From a virus, in the IMG/VR virus record IMGVR_UViG_3300045988_023336, positions 1 to 35,619 of that record: a stretch of DNA of 35,619 nucleotides, one strand, 5' to 3'. The notes beneath the pieces were generated by a model, which did no database searches, was not told the origin of the DNA, and saw only the letters and a list, made by a program, of their open reading frames with translations. Of the stretch, positions 1 through 5,983 are shown piece after piece. Position 1 is the stretch's first letter; each line of letters opens with the position of its first letter. The position numbers and the translations under genes are program-made.

Positions 1-54
1 GCTCTTCTGCTGGTGCAGGCTCTTCTGCTGGTGCAGGCTCTTCTGCTGGTGCAG
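1..54. repeat. Three tandem 18-nt units (gctcttctgctggtgcag) that continue the repeat tract at the window end
   Basis: Direct reading. Bases 1-35 are identical to 35585-35619. The units encode PAPAEE on the minus strand. Confidence 0.9.
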
Positions 55-304
55 GTGCAGGTTTCGCGGCACGCTTAGCACGGGTCTTGGCGCGTTCTGA
101 TTCTACGATCTCGGCCACTGTTTTAGGCTTCTCTTCGTCCTTCACCTTTGTCGCTTCTACAACTGCGTCCGCTAACTTGTCAAGATCGGTTTTACGTTCC
201 GTTACTTCCGGTATGGCTTCGCCGGCCAATTCACGTAAATAGTTAGATGCCGCTAACAATTCCTTCACACTCTCATTTCCGATTAATTCGATTACTACTT
301 TCAT
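1..304 (-). CDS. N-terminal part (101 codons) of a ~209-aa acidic Pro/Ala/Glu-repeat protein; the ORF runs off the window start and resumes at 35259..35619
   Basis: The ATG at 304-302 overlaps the TGA of the upstream HTH gene (ATGA). The minus frame stays open to base 1 (MKVVIELIGNESVKELLAASNYLRELAGEAIPEVTERKTDLDKLADAVVEATKVKDEEKPKTVAEIVESERAKTRAKRAAKPAPAPAEEPAPAEEPAPAEE). Collapsing the 35-nt overlap of the window ends keeps it in frame with 35259..35576. Confidence 0.7.
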   Translation of the reverse strand, partial: MKVVIELIGNESVKELLAASNYLRELAGEAIPEVTERKTDLDKLADAVVEATKVKDEEKPKTVAEIVESERAKTRAKRAAKPAPAPAEEPAPAEEPAPAEE

Positions 305-480
305 TTCTTTTTAAAATTAAAAATTGTTTCTAATAATTCATTTTTGTTCACTCTGATTTTGCCCGTTCCGTTCTCGTACCGGGTGAGTTTTCCGGCGTTG
401 AGCTGGTAGCGAATAGCGTTTTCGGTGCACTCCGCTAACCGGGCGGCTTCCGCCACTGTGATAAGTTCTACTTTTTCCAT
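301..480 (-). CDS. 59-aa helix-turn-helix DNA-binding protein (excisionase/MerR-like, HTH_17-type), absent from the ORF track because it is under 60 aa
   Basis: Hand translation: MEKVELITVAEAARLAECTENAIRYQLNAGKLTRYENGTGKIRVNKNELLETIFNFKKK. It fits the pattern 'LTv.EaA.ll.vs..tiry....Gkl......g.iri....l' typical of Xis/AlpA-type HTH proteins. Its start overlaps the end of 468..797 by 13 nt, and its TGA overlaps the next ATG (ATGA at 301-304). Confidence 0.75.
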   Translation of the reverse strand: MEKVELITVAEAARLAECTENAIRYQLNAGKLTRYENGTGKIRVNKNELLETIFNFKKK

Positions 481-797
481 TTCATCTTTTCGTTAAATTT
501 AAAATTCAATTTGTCAGACGTTCGATAAGTTTGTACGTGATCGGAGTATGCAGCGCGCCGGGCCTGCTCGAAAATAGTTTCGTAACGTTTGGCGTGTGGA
601 ATTATAAAGCCCCGGATTTTATACTTAAACTTTTTTCCGGCTTCTTCTTCTCGTTGCAAATCATCGAACATCATTTTCGAGTTGCCCGGATAGCCGTATA
701 GCATTGTAGCCTCGCCTATCGTTTTGCACGCTGTAATCCTCTCCCGTATAATCTTATAAAAGAACGCTTCTAACTTATAAATGTCTATTGCTGCCAT
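468..797 (-). CDS. Hypothetical 109-aa protein, first gene of the early operon
   Basis: Track ORF. It lies 77 nt downstream of a TAnnTTTG box and is followed by the tightly overlapping HTH gene. No motif recognised. Confidence 0.6.
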   Translation of the reverse strand: MAAIDIYKLEAFFYKIIRERITACKTIGEATMLYGYPGNSKMMFDDLQREEEAGKKFKYKIRGFIIPHAKRYETIFEQARRAAYSDHVQTYRTSDKLNFKFNEKMKWKK

Positions 798-873
798 ATC
801 TAGTAATGTTTAAAACGATTCTCCGGTATCGGAATAGTTCAACAAATTTAGTTGGTTTCTCATTTCGATGTGA

Positions 874-925
874 CAAAGGTAGGGCTTTATTTTGAACTAC
901 AAAACTATTTCCCAAAAAACTTTAG
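874..925 (-). promoter_or_regulatory. Early promoter P1, Bacteroidota type (-7 TACCTTTG, -33 TTTG, shared upstream element)
   Basis: Plus-strand caaaggta at 874-881 gives TACCTTTG on the minus strand. caaa at 900-903 gives TTTG, with an 18-nt spacer. The upstream caaaaaactttag (913-925) is identical to 28795-28807. The spacer GCTTTATTTTGAACTACAAA closely matches the spacer at 34038-34059. Confidence 0.6.
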
Positions 926-1086
926 TAATTTAACTCTGATTAACGGTTTTGAGGGTTTGGTAACAGTGTCAATGATAAATAGCCCTTTTTAAACGCATCT
1001 TTCATGCCTTAACTGCGTGCGTATCAGTTAGTTAAGTGGCAAAAACAGGTGAAGTGTCTAAGATGAAACATAGTTTCTCTATTAGT

Positions 1087-1269
1087 TTATATTTAAATAT
1101 TTCCATAAATTCATTCACATATTAATTCATATATTTACATATTTTATAGATTATATTACTATTTCATTCTTATCTCTATATATCATCTTTCCATCTTTGA
1201 CAAATACACTATATTACAGTATAAAGTACTATAAATAAGCAAGTTAAGTGTCAAAGATACAAATTTTAA
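1087..1269. repeat. Copy A of a ~185-bp dispersed direct repeat (partner at 21164..21347)
   Basis: 1087-1108 is identical (22/22) to 21164-21185 and contains the palindrome ATATTTAAATAT. 1185-1269 matches 21263-21347 at 80/85 positions. The intervening AT-rich spacer is 76 nt in copy A and 77 nt in copy B. Confidence 0.9.
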
Positions 1270-1284
1270 TCTTTTACAAGCAAA
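1252..1284 (-). promoter_or_regulatory. Promoter-like element P0 inside repeat copy A (-7 TATCTTTG, -33 TTTG, 21-nt spacer)
   Basis: Plus-strand caaagata at 1252-1259 and caaa at 1281-1284. The equivalent position in copy B is degenerate (aaaagata at 21330-21337, giving TATCTTTT). Confidence 0.4.
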
Positions 1285-1313
1285 AACGCCAACTCGTTAA
1301 GAATCAGCGTTTT
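1283..1313 (-). terminator. Weak stem-loop about 50 nt downstream of the last late gene; candidate late-operon terminator
   Basis: aaaacgc (1283-1289) pairs with gcgtttt (1307-1313) around a 17-nt loop. On the minus-sense RNA the stem runs into UUUUUG. Confidence 0.3.
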
Positions 1314-1325
1314 AAATTTTCAAGC

Positions 1326-1360
1326 GTCAAAGATGGAAAGGCATTTGTGAAAGATGGAAG
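1326..1360. promoter_or_regulatory. Two direct operator-like boxes, GTCAAAGATGGAAAG and GTGAAAGATGGAAG, spaced 21 bp start to start
   Basis: Boxes at 1326-1340 and 1347-1360. The first is the exact reverse complement of 1187-1201 and of 21265-21279. Confidence 0.55.
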
Positions 1361-1363
1361 GCG

Positions 1364-1951
1364 TTATTTGTCGAATTCTGCCGAGAATTCTACGTGTATT
1401 TTAGATTTTGGGTTTTTGTTCGATACGGTTATCGTTTGTTTCGGTTTTCCGATCCGGAAGAATAAAAAACGCTTTTGCTTGACTGATCCGATCACGTCTA
1501 TTGTGTCAACACTACTAGATTTTATAATTGTGGTGTCCGGTTTGGATTCAACTTGTATATCATTCCACCCATCGAAATAGTGGGCTAGCCTGTTTTCCTT
1601 GTTTCCGTCCCGGTATTCTGTCTTAACCACAGTGTCCACCTTGGTAACTGTCTCGGCCCTTGTAGCGTTCTTTAGCTCTCTTATCTTTATTCCCGCCTCG
1701 CGTACCTTATTATATAGATCAGCGTTATATAGCTCTAGCTCGTCCTTCTCTAACTTTAACTGCCTGGCCTGTTCCGCGTAATCGCCTGCCGTAGTCTTAA
1801 ATGCTACGGCCTCGGTGTTAAGCGCGGTGAGGTTGTTTTCCTGCCGTTCTAGCTCTTTTCTCTGTTTTTGTACTGTCTTATACGACGCGTACAACAAAAT
1901 GGCCAGGAGGACAGCTAAACACACCAATATCTTATTTAATGTTATTTTCAT
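1364..1951 (-). CDS. Membrane-anchored coiled-coil protein, spanin-like, last gene of the lysis cluster
   Basis: It has an N-terminal TM segment (ILVCLAVLLAILLYASY) followed by a coiled-coil region. An ATGA overlap links it to the endolysin gene. Function is inferred from position only. Confidence 0.4.
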   Translation of the reverse strand: MKITLNKILVCLAVLLAILLYASYKTVQKQRKELERQENNLTALNTEAVAFKTTAGDYAEQARQLKLEKDELELYNADLYNKVREAGIKIRELKNATRAETVTKVDTVVKTEYRDGNKENRLAHYFDGWNDIQVESKPDTTIIKSSSVDTIDVIGSVKQKRFLFFRIGKPKQTITVSNKNPKSKIHVEFSAEFDK

Positions 1952-2346
1952 AAGTGTAAGATTTGGCGTTTCACGTTGTTCTTATCGTATGAGATATGCA
2001 CCCAGGCGAAACCCTTTTCATCGATAAGCTGGCAATACGGCAAATTGAGTTCCCGTGCCAGTTCAAAGAGTTTCTTATTTTCCTGTTTGTTACCCCCTGT
2101 TATGTCCGCCGCTTGTCCCTTCATGTGCTGCGACGTTTTAGAGCCTTTTACCGCCGCGTTTAGGGCGGGTGATCTATATCCGCTATTAACCCGGATCGGC
2201 TTGCCGTACGCGTCCCGTAGAGGGTCTAGCACGTTATTGACTAGCTGTTTCAGATTCTCCGCTGCTTCTGGTGTCGGATCGTTGTTGATCTTCTTCGCCG
2301 CCGCTGTCGTTGACGCGGTTAGCTCTTGAATTGTGAAGTTTCGCAT
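1948..2346 (-). CDS. Endolysin, zinc peptidase M15 family (Peptidase_M15_3/VanY-like)
   Basis: The motif VNSGYRSPALNAAVKGSKTSQHMKGQAADI followed by WVHISY matches the SGYR..N...S.H..G.A.D / H.D metal-site pattern of M15 cell-wall peptidases. The gene is adjacent to the holin-like gene. Confidence 0.85.
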   Translation of the reverse strand: MRNFTIQELTASTTAAAKKINNDPTPEAAENLKQLVNNVLDPLRDAYGKPIRVNSGYRSPALNAAVKGSKTSQHMKGQAADITGGNKQENKKLFELARELNLPYCQLIDEKGFAWVHISYDKNNVKRQILHL

Positions 2347-2779
2347 TTTTCAAATTTTTTATAAAGTCCAGATATTTAGTATTAATCAGAATATCCAGTA
2401 CCGCTATAAATTCGTTATCCGGCTGGATCTTCTTAAAGTTACGGATAATATTCTTAGAATACACCAACGCGAAAAGCGTAGTTAGTAATCGCAATAATTC
2501 CGTATAGTTCCCTCCCGGCTCGATAAGCCGTGCGGCTGCTGCTGTGAATAGAATCACGATCGCGGCTATTGCATACTCGAAAAACGCATGAAAAGCCTTT
2601 TTATGGCTGTATTTTTCACCGGCCCTTAAACCCGCGATAAGTCCTACTATGAAATTTAATGTGCCGAATAAGATTATAAGGACAAAGAAAGTCATCACAT
2701 CATTTGTAACTGTTAGCAGGAAAGCTAGAGACGCGACACGCGCCGTATCAAAAACTCCATCCATTATTTTATTAAACAT
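2234..2779 (-). CDS. Holin-like membrane protein with 3-4 TM segments and a charged C-terminal tail
   Basis: TM segments include FFVLIILFGTLNFIVGLIAGL and AIAAIVILFTAAAA. The pattern ...GLIAGLRAGEKYSHKKAFHAF resembles the Phage_holin_4 family. The C-terminal 37 codons overlap the endolysin start out of frame. An alternative start at 2764 would give a TAATG overlap. Confidence 0.55.
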   Translation of the reverse strand: MFNKIMDGVFDTARVASLAFLLTVTNDVMTFFVLIILFGTLNFIVGLIAGLRAGEKYSHKKAFHAFFEYAIAAIVILFTAAAARLIEPGGNYTELLRLLTTLFALVYSKNIIRNFKKIQPDNEFIAVLDILINTKYLDFIKNLKNAKLHNSRANRVNDSGGEEDQQRSDTRSSGESETASQ

Positions 2780-3201
2780 ATCCTAGATTGTACCCTGTGT
2801 GAACATTCCTCTTTAATCAGTTTAGCGTCTTTAAACGCCTTGATTAACGGGACTATAAATAAATCGGCCTTGCCGCGTTCCGCTTCAAACCGTTTTGATT
2901 TGTTGTCATCAGCCAGAACGTAGCTGCCGCCATAGTTTTGTATTTTTAGGCCGCTCGCCGTGCTCTGCTGCTCGCTTGTCTGCAAGTAGCGCGCAAAGGC
3001 GTAGTAGCACAATACTTTATTAGCTCCTGTACGCGCCGTGGTATCAACTAAGTATTCCGGCGGTATCTCTTCATAAGATCGGTGAAGTTGCGGCGACATA
3101 TCAAGCATATCAGCCTCGTAAAATGCCTTCTCAATGTCGCTGTCCTTAACGTCCTTTGCGATCGTGAATAAATCTCGTAGTAATTGGATCGGGTATGCCA
3201 T
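2764..3201 (-). CDS. Hypothetical 145-aa protein, possibly a head-tail connector/adaptor
   Basis: Track ORF between the portal and the lysis genes. The assignment is positional only. Confidence 0.5.
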   Translation of the reverse strand: MAYPIQLLRDLFTIAKDVKDSDIEKAFYEADMLDMSPQLHRSYEEIPPEYLVDTTARTGANKVLCYYAFARYLQTSEQQSTASGLKIQNYGGSYVLADDNKSKRFEAERGKADLFIVPLIKAFKDAKLIKEECSHRVQSRICLIK

Positions 3202-3202
3202 A

Positions 3203-4351
3203 TTAATCTGTTATTACTTGGTCGGCGGGTGTATCTGCACCGCCTTCCAAATCGTTTTTAATCTTAGTTATTTCCGGGTCTAGGTCGAATATATACGCCA
3301 GGTCGCGGGAAATCTTATCACGGACACGCGCCAATGAACGGCGGTAAACGCGCTGCATCTCCTTAACCACTTCGCCCGACGCATTCGAAAAGCTGATCAA
3401 CGATGAATCAATAAGCGGGATCGGAATTGTAAAGCAAGAAATTGCAATGTCTTTCCGCAACGGCTCGCAATACGATTTATACAGGTCGGAATCAATAGGC
3501 GTACCGATCTGATCCACCCGGATAAAGGGCTTCTCTGTAATACCTACATTCTCATCTCGTACTGTGAGAACCGCACCTGTACCCTCAACACCCATCATTT
3601 CAGTAATGGCATCCCGGAACTCGTTTTGCTCCTGATCGCTCTGGAACATCCCGTGTGAAACTACGCTGCATGCGTGGAAACCACGCGCTAGAACGTTCTC
3701 AACATACAATGCGTTCCCATGTTCTGCTCCCATTTCCGGCTGTACTGCGTGAAACGGGCTGATAGGGTAGGGGCGACGGTTTGAGAAGTTAGCGTAATAT
3801 AATTGTCCCGGATGGTTTTCGATACCTCCGTACTCTTCACATTCCTTCCAAAAGTTTTTCGGGTTGAAGTTCGGATAAACTACGCCCGTTTTAACGTTCG
3901 TGTCCTTCAGCGTCTCGCGTTCCCAGTTATCGAATACGCGCCATTTCCGTACGATTGAATCGCGTTTGTAATCTTCATTAAGAACGGCACGAACGTAACC
4001 GAACGGAACGGGATAACAGTACAAAGGGCGACCATCGCCGCCGTATTGTACTATTAACGCGTAACCTCTATATCTCGGTATCTCGTCCGCTACGAACTCT
4101 AAAACATCGTTCATATCTTGGCCGTGCTCGTTGGTTCTCGCTGCAAATTCTTCGTTAACAAAGCCTTCGCAAATAATGTTCTCTTTCGCCTTGTCACAAC
4201 ACGCCGTAGCGGTCTTGCTGGCGTCGATAAGATTTGCGATACGTTGCGGGTATAAGTTGTCTACATCATAGCTAACCACCCCTTCCGAGGTACGGGGCAC
4301 TAAATTCAGTGCCCTACGTACTATTAACTCTATTTTCTTTGCTGCGATCAT
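3203..4351 (-). CDS. Putative portal protein (HK97-family-like, 382 aa)
   Basis: Size fits, and the segment GNALYVENVLARGFHACSVVSHGMFQSDQEQNEFRDAITEMMGVEGTGAVLTV resembles the conserved 'ff.nG..p.gvl....s.eq...l...w....G..n.gk..vL' core of HK97-type portals. No other portal candidate is present in the genome. Confidence 0.55.
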   Translation of the reverse strand: MIAAKKIELIVRRALNLVPRTSEGVVSYDVDNLYPQRIANLIDASKTATACCDKAKENIICEGFVNEEFAARTNEHGQDMNDVLEFVADEIPRYRGYALIVQYGGDGRPLYCYPVPFGYVRAVLNEDYKRDSIVRKWRVFDNWERETLKDTNVKTGVVYPNFNPKNFWKECEEYGGIENHPGQLYYANFSNRRPYPISPFHAVQPEMGAEHGNALYVENVLARGFHACSVVSHGMFQSDQEQNEFRDAITEMMGVEGTGAVLTVRDENVGITEKPFIRVDQIGTPIDSDLYKSYCEPLRKDIAISCFTIPIPLIDSSLISFSNASGEVVKEMQRVYRRSLARVRDKISRDLAYIFDLDPEITKIKNDLEGGADTPADQVITD

Positions 4352-4369
4352 TGATTTGCTTTTTAAATA

Positions 4370-4873
4370 TTACTCTTCGAACTCTTTAAGACCCTCGGCT
4401 GCTTCTGCTTCCGCTGCTGCTTTGTTTGCCGCTCTAGTAGCCGCTGCCTTTTTAGCCGCTTCGCTGCGTCTTGCCGCGGCGATCTCTTCCTCTGTCAGCT
4501 CCGGTTCACCTTCTACAGGCGCTTCCGGTTCTGCTTCCGGCTCTTCTACAGGCGCTTCCGGTTCTGCTTCCGGTTCTGCTTCCGGTTCTGCTTGCAGGTC
4601 TATAAAGTACTCGCGGTAATTCTCGTTAGCTTCCATGAACTCTACAGCCTTCTCGTCACTTGTGTTGAATGCGCGGTACACTCGTCCATCTTCAATCGAA
4701 TTGATGAACAGTCCCGGCTTCATTACGTAGCGGGTGTGTACACCAGTTAAATAACGTTCTTCGTACCAACGTTGTGCAAACAGGCGATCCGCCCCGCACG
4801 CAATATCCAATTTTAGATTAGTCATTGTCTGACACAATGAAACGATCTGCCCTATATCTGTAATTTTTTCCAT
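4370..4873 (-). CDS. Hypothetical 167-aa protein with an acidic EAEP/EAPVE tandem-repeat linker and an Ala/Lys-rich C-terminus
   Basis: Track ORF. The repeat is visible in both DNA and protein (AEPEAEPEAEPEAPVEEPEAEPEAPVEGEPE). Confidence 0.6.
   Translation of the reverse strand: MEKITDIGQIVSLCQTMTNLKLDIACGADRLFAQRWYEERYLTGVHTRYVMKPGLFINSIEDGRVYRAFNTSDEKAVEFMEANENYREYFIDLQAEPEAEPEAEPEAPVEEPEAEPEAPVEGEPELTEEEIAAARRSEAAKKAAATRAANKAAAEAEAAEGLKEFEE
4508..4595. repeat. In-frame tandem repeat: two 30-nt units with 33-nt period, plus 12-nt ttctgcttccgg units
   Basis: 4511-4540 equals 4544-4573. These are followed by repeated ttctgcttccgg. Confidence 0.85.
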
Positions 4874-4895
4874 CTTTTAAACTGTTTTTAATTTA

Positions 4896-5435
4896 TTAAA
4901 CTTTCGGTATCTTTAGACCGTCATAAGCTGCCTTAGTTAGCGTTACCAACCTGTCACCCGTTGACGCTTCCGGTGTTTTAAGTGTTACTGTTGAAATGCC
5001 GCCGTTGCTGGAATCGGTTGCAAGGTCTGACGCTTCCAAACCGCAAAACGCGCCGGCCAAAAAATAATTACCTAATTTAGATTTGAAAGCTACTCGGAAA
5101 TTCCCTCCTAAAAGTTGGTTAATCACCTTCCGATATTCGGTCAATCCCCCTTGTCTTAGCACCTTAAGAACTACGCTCTGATCTTCTCCCGGCGGGGTTG
5201 TATCATTCACTTTAATAGCGTCTTGATACATTATAGAATTATTTACAGAGTTAACCATGAACCCCTTAGCCCCGGTTAGCATAGTTATAGTACCGACCCC
5301 TCCGGATTCCGAAATAGTGGATATATCACTCGAATTGATGATAATAGCCTCGTCTATTTCCCCAGTCCCGTCTACCTGGGTGAGATTTCCACAATCAAAA
5401 CCAATATCGCTTGCTAGTTTTTTTATACATGCCAT
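4896..5435 (-). CDS. Structural paralogue 3 of 3 (179 aa), tail-tube or capsid-accessory candidate
   Basis: The N-terminus MACIKKLASDIGFDCGN and the C-terminal ...GGISTVTLKTPEA... align with the two upstream paralogues. Confidence 0.7.
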   Translation of the reverse strand: MACIKKLASDIGFDCGNLTQVDGTGEIDEAIIINSSDISTISESGGVGTITMLTGAKGFMVNSVNNSIMYQDAIKVNDTTPPGEDQSVVLKVLRQGGLTEYRKVINQLLGGNFRVAFKSKLGNYFLAGAFCGLEASDLATDSSNGGISTVTLKTPEASTGDRLVTLTKAAYDGLKIPKV

Positions 5436-5448
5436 ATAATATCCTCCT

Positions 5449-5982
5449 TTATGATTCTGTTACGATAGCCGCGGCTCTCAACGTGTTATAACTAGCATCT
5501 GCGAAGCTTACACGAGCCTCGCCGATCACATTTTCCGATGTCGATAACGTGATGGTAGTAAAACCGCCGTTCGCGTTCAAGTCCTCCGAAATAGCAGTAA
5601 CGCTCAAACCGTAGTTATACCCGTAAACGCGGAGTCTCCCAGCTTTAGTTTTAACAAGCGCCAGAAACGTACCATTTAAAATCTGATTAACAATCAAGGT
5701 TCCGTTTACGTCGCCCTGATACAGTGTGAACGTAACCGCCTGCGTTAATGCTGTTGGCGCGTTATCGTTAGTCTTTATCTCTTCCGTAGCGTTTACACCC
5801 TTCTTGTTACTCTCAACCAACACGGCTTTAGCCCCAGAGGCTAGCGTTATAGTGGCAATACCATTCGCTACGCTCTTAGTCGATACATCTGCAAAGTTGA
5901 TAAGAAGCATCTCGGCTACACCTGTTGCCCCTCCGTCGCAATCAACTAAGATCGCCTTATTTAATTTATTTAAGCATCCCAT
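5449..5982 (-). CDS. Structural paralogue 2 of 3 (177 aa from the ATG at 5982)
   Basis: The track ORF extends to 6057, but the internal start gives MGCLNKLNKAILVDCDGG, which is collinear with the other two N-termini. It lies 1 nt after the stop of the upstream gene. Confidence 0.7.
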   Translation of the reverse strand: MGCLNKLNKAILVDCDGGATGVAEMLLINFADVSTKSVANGIATITLASGAKAVLVESNKKGVNATEEIKTNDNAPTALTQAVTFTLYQGDVNGTLIVNQILNGTFLALVKTKAGRLRVYGYNYGLSVTAISEDLNANGGFTTITLSTSENVIGEARVSFADASYNTLRAAAIVTES

Positions 5983-5983
5983 A

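Noticed and set aside
1087-1108. Short peptides starting MEIFKY(K/N)L, encoded on the minus strand of the conserved 22-nt box (also 21164..21185)
   Set aside because: The two ORFs end after 24 and 8 codons respectively. Conservation stops at the box boundary, which fits a DNA/RNA element (12-bp palindrome) better than a peptide.
1040-1360. CRISPR-like array, considered because of the many short repeated boxes here and at 21050..21440
   Set aside because: The boxes are 11-15 nt, occur in both orientations and are irregularly spaced (9, 21 and ~140 nt). There are no spacer-sized unique intervals and no cas genes.
880-1360. tRNA, tmRNA or other known structured RNA genes in the two non-coding regions (also 21090..21600)
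   Set aside because: No cloverleaf with acceptor stem and T-loop (GTTCRANNC) could be drawn by eye. The regions are too AT-rich. This still needs tRNAscan-SE/Infernal to exclude formally.
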